A stretch of DNA of 64,000 bases from an uncultured delta proteobacterium (GTDB lineage: Bacteria > Desulfobacterota > Syntrophia > Syntrophales > Smithellaceae), in NCBI GenBank assembly GCA_903907985.1, contig CAIVQG010000057.1:78614-142613 (forward strand), given 5' to 3'. Within the stretch, counting starts at the first letter, position 1; the number at the start of each line of letters is the position of its first letter. Made by a program: the position numbers and the translations under genes. The notes under the pieces were generated by a model, which made no database searches, had not been told where the DNA came from, and saw only the letters and a list, made by a program, of their open reading frames with translations. This document shows positions 48,500 through 57,752 of this stretch, piece by piece.

Positions 48500-49477
48500 T
48501 TAAACCGGTTCGGTCAGGTTCGTGTGAAGGACCTGCATTTTCCGGTTGGAGCAATACAAATTGCCTCTCCAACGGGTATCCGCCGTAATTACGTCCGGCT
48601 GTCCCAGGACTTCCTTGGAGACCCACTTCGGGGCCGTGAAGTTGTAATCCTTGTGACTGCGCAGAGACAGGAAGTTGGTGTTCAGCGCATACAGATTGCC
48701 TGCAGTGAGCCCGGCGTCGGCTACAATCGGGGCACCTTTGTGGGTGATATTGTCCCAGCCGGCTTCCACCGCTTTGGTGTCCGTGTAACGCTGTTGGGGA
48801 TGAAGCGATCTTTCGTAACCGTCCTTTAATGTTGGCGTGGTGACGATGAAATCAGGCAGCATATCCTTGAAATCGCCCATGTTCGGCGCCCTGAAAATCT
48901 TCTGCAGGATGTCGAAGCCGATTGCTTCCGAGTCTGTGATAACATTGGCCTTCCAATTGGGCATTGCGGCTTCGGTGATGGCACCGTAAGCAACGGCGGT
49001 ATTGGTGTTGAACAAATCGCCCAGGCCGTTAATATTATCTGCGGTTGCCGCGGCGGCAATGATATCTGTCGCCATTTTGATACGCGCCGCCTTGATGATG
49101 CTCTGCATGTATTTCTTGGTTAAATCGATGATCGCTTCGGCGCCCGCATTCTGCGTCATGTCGTCCAGATTCAGGGTATTGGAACCGTAAATACCGGCCC
49201 AGCCGAACCGTGCTGCATCGATGATGTCCACTTTGGACTGATTGATAACGGTAGTGGCACCGTAAGATCCGGAGTTAGAGTTCTGGTATTCCAACGGAAC
49301 CTTTACCATTAAGCCGCCGTCAACGGTTTCGTGGGGCTTTACTTCCCAATTGTCTTTGATGAGGGCGTTGCCCATCAACTTCCAGAGCAATGCGGAAGCT
49401 CTGTTTAAAATGTCCACCGGCTCGATATTGAGCCAGTAATAGTCTGTCGTTGCGTTTAACTGATTGATTAATCCCAT
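48500..49477 (-). CDS. Major capsid protein (candidate)
   Basis: 325 aa, placed directly after the scaffold-like gene and followed by a stem-loop. The call rests on size and position; I verified no motif. Confidence 0.6.
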   Translation of the reverse strand: MGLINQLNATTDYYWLNIEPVDILNRASALLWKLMGNALIKDNWEVKPHETVDGGLMVKVPLEYQNSNSGSYGATTVINQSKVDIIDAARFGWAGIYGSNTLNLDDMTQNAGAEAIIDLTKKYMQSIIKAARIKMATDIIAAAATADNINGLGDLFNTNTAVAYGAITEAAMPNWKANVITDSEAIGFDILQKIFRAPNMGDFKDMLPDFIVTTPTLKDGYERSLHPQQRYTDTKAVEAGWDNITHKGAPIVADAGLTAGNLYALNTNFLSLRSHKDYNFTAPKWVSKEVLGQPDVITADTRWRGNLYCSNRKMQVLHTNLTEPV

Positions 49478-49509
49478 GATCGTTTCTCCTATTCGTTAAG
49501 AGGCAATAT

Positions 49510-50304
49510 TCAGGCGCTCCCCGCTTTTAAGGCGGCTAACATTCCCGCGTCTAAATCCTTGCCGGTTGCTTTTGGTTGTCGGGTAATTTGTCCGGGGCTT
49601 TGTCCCTTGACAATCACCTTCCCTGTTTCTTCCTTGCCCTTTGCAAGCTCAATGACCTTCTTCATTTCCGCGTTTTCTGTGGCGAGAGCGTCCGCCTTGG
49701 CGGAAACGTCGTCCCTTTGAATCTGGAAGTACGCCGACATTGGGTCGTGCATCCCGGTCTTGTCGTTGGCGATATACTCTTTGATTCGCGCCTGCATTTC
49801 CGGTGTGCTAAACGTAGGGTTGGCATCATAAAATGTTTTGGCCTGAGCTTTTTGGTCACGGTCGGAAAGTTCTTTTTTCATCATTTCCCCGGCGGCATTC
49901 AGTGTTTTCTCGTGCTGAGAAATTGCAGTGAGCTGATTGGTTTTAGCCACTAAATTGGCAAGGTTTTGCTGGTATCCCTCTGCCATGGGGTCTAGTTCCA
50001 AGAGCTGCTTCTGAACCGCGCCGATTTCCGCATCGTAATCCGGGCCTTTAGGTGCTGCGGGTTGCCTTTCTGCATTCAAACCCCTTAATGTCTCCGCCAA
50101 TGTTGCCGCCTGGCCTAATAGGGTGTCCTTTTCCTTCCGGGTATTGCCCAGCTCGTTTCCCTGTGCGTCGAATCTACCCTTCAACTCCGCGTGACCTTTG
50201 ATCAGGTCGGGAACTGATTTATAACTGGTACCTGGTATGAACCCGTTTTCGTCCAAAGCGACATCCCCTGCGCCTGCGTTTGCGTCTGTTGCTGCTTCCG
50301 TCAT
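49510..50304 (-). CDS. Scaffolding protein (candidate)
   Basis: 264 aa, acidic and coiled-coil-rich, lying between the portal and capsid genes. Confidence 0.55.
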   Translation of the reverse strand: MTEAATDANAGAGDVALDENGFIPGTSYKSVPDLIKGHAELKGRFDAQGNELGNTRKEKDTLLGQAATLAETLRGLNAERQPAAPKGPDYDAEIGAVQKQLLELDPMAEGYQQNLANLVAKTNQLTAISQHEKTLNAAGEMMKKELSDRDQKAQAKTFYDANPTFSTPEMQARIKEYIANDKTGMHDPMSAYFQIQRDDVSAKADALATENAEMKKVIELAKGKEETGKVIVKGQSPGQITRQPKATGKDLDAGMLAALKAGSA

Positions 50305-50386
50305 AATCTCTCTCCATTCCTCGGCCAGTTTGTGATTTCAGGTTGTCCGGTGTCCCGGCCTGATGAAGCTGGTTGTCCGATCTGGT

Positions 50387-50451
50387 AAAAAACAATAAAA
50401 AAAGCCCGGAACCTGTGGCGCATTGCTGCGTTTTTCCACAAATTCCGGGCT
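50387..50451 (-). terminator. Rho-independent terminator within the late operon
   Basis: Minus sense: AGCCCGGAA-N31-TTCCGGGCT followed by TTTTTTTATTGTTTTTT. Confidence 0.6.
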
Positions 50452-50487
50452 GAATGATCCCTAATTAATTTAGGTCGTTAGTCCCCG

Positions 50488-50688
50488 TTAAATTTTCACT
50501 TCATTGAAATTGATGTTCTCCCTTGTAACTGGTTTCGTGTGTAAAAATGCAGAGCCGATGAAACCCTGTGACATATTGACTTCCACCGTTAATTCCACTT
50601 TCCCGCTTTTGTTAGCAAGAATCAAACTATTTATTTTATCTCCGAACGCGGCCAGGAGAGCATCTACTTTTTTTTGATTATCGGCCAT
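50488..50688 (-). CDS. Small hypothetical phage protein
   Basis: 66-aa ORF whose start overlaps the upstream stop. Confidence 0.45.
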   Translation of the reverse strand: MADNQKKVDALLAAFGDKINSLILANKSGKVELTVEVNMSQGFIGSAFLHTKPVTRENINFNEVKI

Positions 50689-50957
50689 TATCCCCTACAC
50701 ACCAGATTGTTGTCTTTCAGGTATCTCTTGTACTCGCCCCGTGACTGCAATGGTGCCTCGCCGTGCCTTTGTAATGTCTTGCAGGCTGACGGCAGCCATT
50801 TCACATCATTGACGCTATCAGCCTGAATACCGCCCGTGCTGAGTATTTTCTTGGCTATCCAGCCGCACACGCACCGGGCTTTATTGGGGACCCTGCTGAC
50901 CTTGTGAAACTTCTCTGTCACTTTCCCGCATCTGCACCTATATTCATATATCGGCAT
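50688..50957 (-). CDS. FmdB-type zinc-ribbon protein
   Basis: MPIYEYRCRCGKVTEKF...ARCVCG carries two CxC/CxxC knuckles. Confidence 0.6.
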   Translation of the reverse strand: MPIYEYRCRCGKVTEKFHKVSRVPNKARCVCGWIAKKILSTGGIQADSVNDVKWLPSACKTLQRHGEAPLQSRGEYKRYLKDNNLVCRG

Positions 50958-50958
50958 A

Positions 50959-51210
50959 TTATTGCCCCATCCCCGTTCCCAGATCCGCTGGGTTGGGCTG
51001 AGGTGACTGAGCCTGCTGGTCAGAGTTGCTGGGCATAATTGCCTGCATCATGTCCATTGTTTTCATCATGCTCATGGGGTCGATGTGCCCGGTTTGTAAC
51101 ATCTTGGCGGTTTTGATCATCATGTCGGCGGTCTTCATCAATGCATCCTGATTCCTGCTGTGGTCCAAAGCCTGCTGCATCCCTGAATTCATGTCCTGAT
51201 TAGTTTGCAT
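50959..51210 (-). CDS. Small Met/Gln-rich phage protein
   Basis: 83-aa ORF directly downstream of the portal gene, with many Met residues. Confidence 0.45.
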   Translation of the reverse strand: MQTNQDMNSGMQQALDHSRNQDALMKTADMMIKTAKMLQTGHIDPMSMMKTMDMMQAIMPSNSDQQAQSPQPNPADLGTGMGQ

Positions 51211-51246
51211 AATAATTCTCCTTTTATATGGTTTGAGTTCCTTTAT

Positions 51247-53187
51247 TTACATTGTCGGCGCATTCGCCTGCTGCGGCGCTGCTTTCCGTTTTTCGTTCTC
51301 CTGCGTCTGCGTAGATGACGCCATCAATGCCTGTTTTAACTGGATGGCTGCTTCTTCCGGCATACCTGCATCGATAAGGATTTGCAGCGCCTGGTCAAGC
51401 TGGCTCTCAGCGGTACGTTCCAGTTCTTCTTTCCAACCGGGCCACTTCAGAGTTTCCAGTAATCCTCTTTGACCGATGGCATGGACTTCATAAAGCCATT
51501 TGGCCATATCTTGTAATTGTAAAGTCGTCCGTGGTGTTGTGCTTCCCGCTTCCACCATGTAATTGAATTTCCTGCCGGCGTAATCCGTCCCTCTGAATTC
51601 GACAGTGTCCCCTTCCACCTTGGTCGTATCTGTTGTCGTCCCGAAGTTCTGCCATAAACCAATCGCCCACTTTGCCCTTTGCTCGGCAATATTATCAATG
51701 GCCGCTGTCTTGGTCTGCATGAGGACTTGATTGCGTTCCTGGAGTGCTACGATAGCGGAGGCGGCGATGACTCCCGACGGGGCAACGCCTCTATCAGCGT
51801 CTTCGATCTGGTAAACCCTGTCGAAAAACCGGACGATCAGATCCAGAACTTGAAAAAAGGTTTGTGGAAGATTCGGTATCTGCATGAACTCAATCCGGGC
51901 ATTCGGAGTGGTCGGCATTAAGATCAATCTCCCGGCCTTTTGAATTGAGCTCTCAATCATTTCCCTGGTTATGCCGCAATGCTGCTGCACTATAAGAGGC
52001 GGCGCCATGACATTGATCACATAGGCAATCAGTTTAGTGATTATCTGATTAATCTTACTGAGCAAATCCCCAACCTGTTCGGCTGCGGCAAAGCCCCATA
52101 TCGACACACCATCCTTATAGGAATTGGCATAATAAACGGGCAGTCTGCCCCACGGATAGGTATTCCGGGCCTGATCAACCGGTAATTTCGCGTTGATATT
52201 GGGATTGGCGCTGTCATCCAGTACGATGAAACCGCTTTTGATTTTCGTGTCGTTGCTTTTGGTTACGGTTATTTTCCTGATTCCGTCCGGGTAAACAGAC
52301 TCGTCGGCGCTGGCTTCGATGATTAATGCTTCCCCCGTCTCATTGAGAACAGGGTTCCCGGCATCATCTAGCAATGGTTTTGATAGTGTCCGGGTTACCT
52401 TCCGGGTGTCCCTTAACCAAACCTCGATAACCAGGCAGCGCTCCATGGCCTTGTTGCTATTGTCCTGTCCGGGCGTCATGACGGTCATGGCGTCTGCGTA
52501 ATTTCCTATGCTCTGCTGGATGCCGTAACCCTGTGGTTTATAGTCCTCCCGTTCCGCGCCCATGAGTTCGTAGGCTTCATCCGGGGCGATGTCCTTAACT
52601 CCAAAAGTGGCTTCCATGTTGGATATAAAATCAACATAGGCAAACCCGACATAGGGCGCTTCTTCCGAAATATCTTCCCAATTTCCGGGACACGGGAAAA
52701 ACGAAAAAGGGTCGGTAACCATAATGTCCGGCCGGTCTTTGCCTTTATCAAAATATGGTTTTTCCGTTGTAATCCCGTAAAGCTCCATCATTCTGGCCGA
52801 TGCTCTGGTTTTTGTCTGCTGGTCTGTTTCCTTCCACCACTTCTTTAATTCTTGGCTCAGGATGTTTTCAGTCCCATCGTCTAATCCGTCCAGGTCCACG
52901 ACTTCTCCGGTCGGGTTCCGGGCGGTTATATTGGAGACGGTTCGCTCGATATTGGCAAAGTAAAGATTAACAATGGTGTTTTGCTTATATTCCGTTGAAT
53001 ATCCCTTGCGCCCGGAGCGCTGTTTATTCTGCCGGCCGCGATAGAGGGCATAATTGGCAAGGAATCCGGCGTTTTTCCCGAGTCTTTCCTTTTCTAACCG
53101 GGCTATATCGAACAGCATATAGGCAAATTCGGCAACGTCGGTGTGGCCTTTCGGCGGTATGTTCTGTAAGTTCCATTGAGCGTCCAT
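51247..53187 (-). CDS. Portal protein (candidate)
   Basis: 646-aa ORF between the terminase and scaffold/capsid genes. The call rests on size and position. Confidence 0.6.
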   Translation of the reverse strand: MDAQWNLQNIPPKGHTDVAEFAYMLFDIARLEKERLGKNAGFLANYALYRGRQNKQRSGRKGYSTEYKQNTIVNLYFANIERTVSNITARNPTGEVVDLDGLDDGTENILSQELKKWWKETDQQTKTRASARMMELYGITTEKPYFDKGKDRPDIMVTDPFSFFPCPGNWEDISEEAPYVGFAYVDFISNMEATFGVKDIAPDEAYELMGAEREDYKPQGYGIQQSIGNYADAMTVMTPGQDNSNKAMERCLVIEVWLRDTRKVTRTLSKPLLDDAGNPVLNETGEALIIEASADESVYPDGIRKITVTKSNDTKIKSGFIVLDDSANPNINAKLPVDQARNTYPWGRLPVYYANSYKDGVSIWGFAAAEQVGDLLSKINQIITKLIAYVINVMAPPLIVQQHCGITREMIESSIQKAGRLILMPTTPNARIEFMQIPNLPQTFFQVLDLIVRFFDRVYQIEDADRGVAPSGVIAASAIVALQERNQVLMQTKTAAIDNIAEQRAKWAIGLWQNFGTTTDTTKVEGDTVEFRGTDYAGRKFNYMVEAGSTTPRTTLQLQDMAKWLYEVHAIGQRGLLETLKWPGWKEELERTAESQLDQALQILIDAGMPEEAAIQLKQALMASSTQTQENEKRKAAPQQANAPTM

Positions 53188-53210
53188 TTTTATTCTCCTG
53201 CGATCAGGGC

Positions 53211-53262
53211 AATAAAAAAAGCACGGACGAAGTGAAGTAGTGGCTCCACTAAGCCGTGCTTT
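53211..53262 (-). terminator. Rho-independent terminator upstream of the portal gene
   Basis: Minus sense: AAGCACGG-N27-CCGTGCTT followed by TTTTTATTG. Confidence 0.55.
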
Positions 53263-53335
53263 GATTATTCTTTTACGTTCCCTTTGACCTGGCCGGGCCT
53301 CAGAGAAAACCCTGATTGTTAATTACTTTTTTTAA

Positions 53336-53587
53336 CTAATTTCCTTCCGCTAATATAAGTTTCGGGCCTTCTGCCGTCTTATCTTCCGGACGCAATGACA
53401 TAAGCTCACCACAAATCTCACACTTAAATCCGACTTGTACCATCATTGTTTCAATCTTACCGGATGGACTATACAAAGCTGGGATTTCCTTTAATATCAT
53501 TGCTTGGAGGAAAACCTTGCCTCCGCACTTGCATAGCCGATCTCTTAGATACTCAATCGGTACATTGATGTTCATTTGCTCTGCCAT
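53336..53587 (-). CDS. Small zinc-ribbon protein
   Basis: 83 aa with CKCGG...CEICG. Confidence 0.5.
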   Translation of the reverse strand: MAEQMNINVPIEYLRDRLCKCGGKVFLQAMILKEIPALYSPSGKIETMMVQVGFKCEICGELMSLRPEDKTAEGPKLILAEGN

Positions 53588-53973
53588 TATTTTGCCCCCT
53601 TCTCATGCTTTTTCATGTGACCGTTCAGCGCAATCGCACTCTTGAATTCCCTGCCGTCATTGCAGACAGGACAGGTATGTTTTTTTATCTCCACATCGGG
53701 CACCGGATCAGCGTTTTTGTTTTCATTTAGCTCTGCAAGCATCTCTTTGGACATTAGTTGCACCGTCATCCTGCCCGATGGCGCTAACTGTGCCAGACAT
53801 TCCGGACAGGTCATTTCTGATACGCCCGTGGTCGATGAACATAGCCAATCGATATGATACGGCAGCAGGCATTTGACCATTGATCCGTTTGGCGTAACAT
53901 CCGGGATATATTTCTCGGTCGTCTCAAAATCTAATCGCCTACAGTTTGGGCATTGTATTTTTAAACCCTTCAT
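53587..53973 (-). CDS. Multi-zinc-finger protein
   Basis: 128 aa with CPNC, CPEC and a C2H2-like CPVC...HMKKH. Confidence 0.5.
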   Translation of the reverse strand: MKGLKIQCPNCRRLDFETTEKYIPDVTPNGSMVKCLLPYHIDWLCSSTTGVSEMTCPECLAQLAPSGRMTVQLMSKEMLAELNENKNADPVPDVEIKKHTCPVCNDGREFKSAIALNGHMKKHEKGAK

Positions 53974-54227
53974 TGCATCTTACCTCCCAGCATTTCCAAA
54001 AACTTCTCTGTGCGTTTCATGACATTTTGTTCCTCTTTGCCCGGTCCGCTAGGAAATTCGGGGCCGTCAGTATCTGGAATGGAAAACACTTCGCCTTTCG
54101 GTGTGCGGAGAAATCCCTCGCCCTGCGCTGCTTTACCCTTGAACATCAGCCAGCCGCCTACCAGAACGCCCAACAAAACCAATAATGCGCCTGCACCGAG
54201 TAATAAAAATACTTCACCGTTAATCAT
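53970..54227 (-). CDS. Small single-TM phage protein
   Basis: 85 aa with one N-terminal TM helix (FLLLGAGALLVLLGVLVGGWLMF). Confidence 0.45.
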   Translation of the reverse strand: MINGEVFLLLGAGALLVLLGVLVGGWLMFKGKAAQGEGFLRTPKGEVFSIPDTDGPEFPSGPGKEEQNVMKRTEKFLEMLGGKMQ

Positions 54228-54943
54228 CCTTCCCCCTCCTCCACGTTAAATGCGTTCTCCCTTGCCTGGTCCATCCACATAGTTCTCGATAATAGTGAAT
54301 GAACCAATCCCCCGGCAGCAAATACAGCCGGATCATCGCGCCGGAACTCCCGTAATCTGTTCTTTAATATCTCGTTGCCTCCAAAGTATAGACGTACTCG
54401 ATTTTCTACGATCACTGACCGCAATGAGCGGACGTAATGATCAAAACTCTTAGGCGAATAAAAATCATCGGGGGGAGTGACCAGGATAGCCGACCTTTCA
54501 CCGCCTTGTTCAATCAGCTTTTCATTCAGCAGCGACAGGGTTGTGATAAACCGCTCCGGGTCGCCCCACCATGACCTCAGTAAATCGGGATGAAGGCCGA
54601 AGCCGTATAGCGCCCTCAATTCCAGACACTTATCTAACAGCGACGGTATGTCTTTGTTTTCCGCTTCGGCCAGGAGTTGAAACACTGCCTCTTGTGGTTT
54701 CTTTTGCCCTTTGACTGTTCCAATTATTGCGACATATCCGGGCTGGCCTTCGTCGCCGTCTTTCACTTCCGACGGCCAGCCGATACAGGCGTACAGATCA
54801 TAATATTGCTGGCCTGTTTCCGTATTCTCATAATGAAACGGGCGCTCCTTCAGTGGTTGGCCGGTAATGTTGGCCTGATCCTGCCTGGCCCGTAATAGTT
54901 CCCATGCGTATTCATGAGTGACTTTCTTGATTTTAGGAGGCAT
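54224..54943 (-). CDS. Hypothetical phage protein
   Basis: 239 aa from the ATG at 54943 (GAGGA RBS), overlapping the terL stop by 11 nt. The track start at 55066 lies deep inside terL. Confidence 0.5.
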   Translation of the reverse strand: MPPKIKKVTHEYAWELLRARQDQANITGQPLKERPFHYENTETGQQYYDLYACIGWPSEVKDGDEGQPGYVAIIGTVKGQKKPQEAVFQLLAEAENKDIPSLLDKCLELRALYGFGLHPDLLRSWWGDPERFITTLSLLNEKLIEQGGERSAILVTPPDDFYSPKSFDHYVRSLRSVIVENRVRLYFGGNEILKNRLREFRRDDPAVFAAGGLVHSLLSRTMWMDQARENAFNVEEGEG

Positions 54944-56252
54944 CAGGAAAATCCTCAAACCGGCAATCATCGAAAAGATTATTGGCCTTAATGAATCCAG
55001 ATAGTGAATAGCGGATAGCGTCGATACAATGATTGTGCTTATCAACAATGATGGGCAGGATATCATTGGTCAGGCGGTCGGTTTTATAGCTGTAAAGCCT
55101 GAATTCCTCGGCGGTGCGCTTGCAACGTCCATGAATGTAGATTTTACGGAAGCCCTTTAAAACGGCAATACCGTCCTCAACACTGCCGGGCCATTTTGGA
55201 GCACTGGAAATATTAAAACCTTTGCGCCGAACGTGACTGATCGTTTCCGGTCGTGAATTGTCTGCAGGTATGGGCCAATCCCTTGCCCCCGGAACCGTAT
55301 CGAATAGTTCCGGCAGATCATCCAGCTCAATGCCGACTCCGTACGCCTCCTGGTCAACGTAGAGACAATCCCCTAATATAAAACATCGGACTAATACCGT
55401 TGGATCTTGCGAAAAGCCCCAATCCGCGCCGTAGTATAATCGCGTTCCCGTCGCCGGCTCGTCGAAATCGCTTACCTCAAAACGATTGCGGAAGATAACT
55501 GCATCACTCATTACGCGGCACTGACCGCCCCAAACATGTTCATAGGCTTCCGGGTCCACTTCCAACATGTAACGCCGTTCAGCTTCCAGCGTGGCCGGAA
55601 AATATGGGTTATCTTCATAACCGACTTTTATAACCATAGAATTGGGAGGCGGATGAATAATAAATCTTTGATAGGTCGGATCTGTTTCATCTTCCGGATT
55701 AAATGATATCCAAATCTCTGAACATTCTTTACGGATAGTAGGGATTAATATTTCCCAGGATGAATTACTGATCGATTGAGCTTCCTCCACCCAACAAATA
55801 TCAATGCCCTCGGTTGATTTTATCTCTTGTATTGACCTTCTGAGCCCTTTAAAAAGAAATTGAGCACCAATGGATGAAGTAATGTTTGCCTTGGTAACGT
55901 CGAAATAGTCTGATAATCCTAATGAAACTATTTTATCGGAGATTAACCGATGGACAGAATCGCTTATAGAGCTTTGAAATTCACGGGTACATAGAATCCT
56001 AAGTGGATCTCTGGCCGCTCGTTTGACTAATTTCTCAGCGATTGTATGAGACTTGGCACCACCGCGGCCGCCATACAATACTTTATATCGTGCCGCTTGG
56101 TCTAATGCGAAAAACTTTGGAGGCGTCAAATCTTTTGAAGTTGACAAGATATGATACTTGCGCTGCATTTTTTGTAATGCCGCTGGGCTCGCTATAGATG
56201 AGAGTGCCCCGAATATCTGATCAGAATTCATGCTTGCGCGGGTTAGCTGCAT
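54933..56252 (-). CDS. terL: Terminase large subunit
   Basis: 439 aa with Walker A YGGRGGAKSH and Walker B-like ICWVEEA, plus a C-terminal nuclease-like half (PBSX/Terminase_3 style). Confidence 0.85.
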   Translation of the reverse strand: MQLTRASMNSDQIFGALSSIASPAALQKMQRKYHILSTSKDLTPPKFFALDQAARYKVLYGGRGGAKSHTIAEKLVKRAARDPLRILCTREFQSSISDSVHRLISDKIVSLGLSDYFDVTKANITSSIGAQFLFKGLRRSIQEIKSTEGIDICWVEEAQSISNSSWEILIPTIRKECSEIWISFNPEDETDPTYQRFIIHPPPNSMVIKVGYEDNPYFPATLEAERRYMLEVDPEAYEHVWGGQCRVMSDAVIFRNRFEVSDFDEPATGTRLYYGADWGFSQDPTVLVRCFILGDCLYVDQEAYGVGIELDDLPELFDTVPGARDWPIPADNSRPETISHVRRKGFNISSAPKWPGSVEDGIAVLKGFRKIYIHGRCKRTAEEFRLYSYKTDRLTNDILPIIVDKHNHCIDAIRYSLSGFIKANNLFDDCRFEDFPDAS

Positions 56253-56872
56253 TAATCTACCTTTATAGCCAATAGCTTCGTCCTTACCTCGTCAGCGATT
56301 TCCTTAGGTAATGCTCCCAGGATTACTTCAATAGCCTTTTCATCCAGGCCTACCTCATGCTTTTCCCGGAACATCCCCAACTCTTTACCCATGTTGATTA
56401 ATGCTGTAATTTTATCGTGCAGTTCAAATTCAAACGTGCTTTCCAAAATAGTATCTTCGGAAGGTTTGTCTTTGGTCCCCTGGCTGGCTTTAATAACTCG
56501 CTTCTCTTTAACTTTTTTAATTGCTCGGCTGGCGCCCAATACAAGATCATCAATACCGATGGCTTGGACACATCCGGTAGAATCGATAGTGATATAATCC
56601 TTCATGTCGGAGTAACCAATTAATGCCAGCTCTCTGAGGATTTTTTCTTTAGATGTGAAAACTTTATTTTCGAGTTTCCGTTCTTCCTGGGCAATAGCTT
56701 CCTGAACCTTGACATTTCTTAGCAATCTACTGCCTTGGCATTCCGCTGATTTCGGGGAGAACTTAGCGGCTATTGCTGATTGAGTAGCATTATATGTTTT
56801 TAAATAATGCTGTATAAATATTCGTTTGCGCGTTTCTGCTGACTTATTACCCAACTTCTTTTTAGCCGGCAT
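56252..56872 (-). CDS. terS: Terminase small subunit
   Basis: From the ATG at 56872: MPAKKKLGNKSAETRKRIFIQHYLKTYNATQSAIAAKFSPKSAECQGSRLLRNVKVQEAI, the HTH pattern of P27-type small terminases. Its stop overlaps the terL start. Confidence 0.75.
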   Translation of the reverse strand: MPAKKKLGNKSAETRKRIFIQHYLKTYNATQSAIAAKFSPKSAECQGSRLLRNVKVQEAIAQEERKLENKVFTSKEKILRELALIGYSDMKDYITIDSTGCVQAIGIDDLVLGASRAIKKVKEKRVIKASQGTKDKPSEDTILESTFEFELHDKITALINMGKELGMFREKHEVGLDEKAIEVILGALPKEIADEVRTKLLAIKVD

Positions 56873-57065
56873 GACATTCCCCTTGCTTACTGCGTGGTGC
56901 CCTGAATACTGTCCGGGGTTCTGATCCGTGACCGTCTGAATAATCATTCGCGGCTACCGGCTCACAATTATGGCAAAACTTGCGCTGATCGCAGTTATGC
57001 CCAATGTGCTTTTTGCGGCACCGTGGACAGATACAATTAACCTTTGCGGAATTTCTGCGAGTCAT
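56862..57065 (-). CDS. Small Cys-rich zinc-ribbon protein
   Basis: 67 aa with CICPRC...CHNC, overlapping the terS start by 11 nt. Confidence 0.45.
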   Translation of the reverse strand: MTRRNSAKVNCICPRCRKKHIGHNCDQRKFCHNCEPVAANDYSDGHGSEPRTVFRAPRSKQGECHAG

Positions 57066-57180
57066 AGTTCCCCTTATATTGGGGAATACTGTAGCATGGG
57101 ATTATTACGACAAAACGTAACACGCTCTGAAATGAGCATAACTGGTAGGCAAATGATACATAACTAACACTATAAAGTGC

Positions 57181-57248
57181 TTGACATAGTTTTATATGTC
57201 ATAGAATGAAGTCTTCTTGACATCAGGTGTAAAGATTGTATGTATAAT
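57181..57248 (+). promoter_or_regulatory. Tandem sigma70-like promoter elements with an inverted repeat
   Basis: CTTGACAT occurs twice (57180 and 57216). Candidate -10 boxes are TAGAAT (57202) and TGTATAAT (57241-57248). The inverted repeat TGACATA-N6-TATGTCA (57182-57201) overlaps the first -35. Spacers are non-optimal at 15 and 20 nt. Confidence 0.4.
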
Positions 57249-57299
57249 GTAGATACGGGTTATTCTTGATAGCTAGAGGTTGAACGGGAGAGTGATGCA

Positions 57300-57449
57300 A
57301 TGGAAAACAAAGAACTGCTGGAAATTATCAAAAAATTACTGAAGACAAATGCTGATCTGGACTTTCTGTTGGAATTGCCGGAATGTGATCTAAAAACCTT
57401 GGTGGGCTGCATAAGGGAGCGGTTTGATCAACTGGGAAATAATCACTGA
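57300..57449 (+). CDS. 49-aa helical protein (below the ORF-track cutoff)
   Basis: ATG at 57300 with a GGGAGAG RBS. The product is MENKELLEIIKKLLKTNADLDFLLELPECDLKTLVGCIRERFDQLGNNH, ending 24 nt before the IHF-like gene. Confidence 0.45.
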   Translation: MENKELLEIIKKLLKTNADLDFLLELPECDLKTLVGCIRERFDQLGNNH

Positions 57450-57473
57450 AAATTATATTGATGAGGAAAAGAC

Positions 57474-57752
57474 ATGAATAAATCGGAAGTAATTCTGCAA
57501 CTAGCCGAAAAATACAATCTAGCCGAGCATAAAGCGACACAAATAGTAAATCTTGTCTTTGACGGTTTTACAAATGAACTTAAAAATGGCGGCAGGATTG
57601 AAATTCGGGGATTTGGAAGTTTCAGTATCCGGGAATACAGAGCTTATAATGGCAGAAACCCCAAAACAGGAAAGACTGTGGCGGTGAAACCGAAGAAATT
57701 ACCGTTTTTTAAGGTGGGTGTTGAATTAAAAAAGAGGGTTGATGGGAAATAA
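57474..57752 (+). CDS. ihfB: IHF/HU-family DNA-bending protein (IHF-beta-like)
   Basis: 92 aa with GRIEIRGFGSFSIREYRAYNGRNPKTGKTVAVKPKKLPFFKVG, the canonical IHF/HU arm. Confidence 0.8.
   Translation: MNKSEVILQLAEKYNLAEHKATQIVNLVFDGFTNELKNGGRIEIRGFGSFSIREYRAYNGRNPKTGKTVAVKPKKLPFFKVGVELKKRVDGK

Larger units (their letters stand above)
17436..57065 (-). mobile_element. Prophage (late, structural and lysis genes) abutting tRNA-Lys; right boundary unresolved
   Basis: A continuous minus-strand array of terminase, portal, scaffold, capsid, tail/fibre, giant virion protein and lysis genes begins about 50-110 nt after the tRNA. No integrase or att duplicate is seen in the window. Confidence 0.8.

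Noticed and set aside
57328-57540. A 70-aa minus-strand ORF across the 49-aa ORF and the IHF gene start.
   Set aside because: It is antisense to two better-supported plus-strand genes with RBSs, and its translation is low-complexity and hydrophobic.
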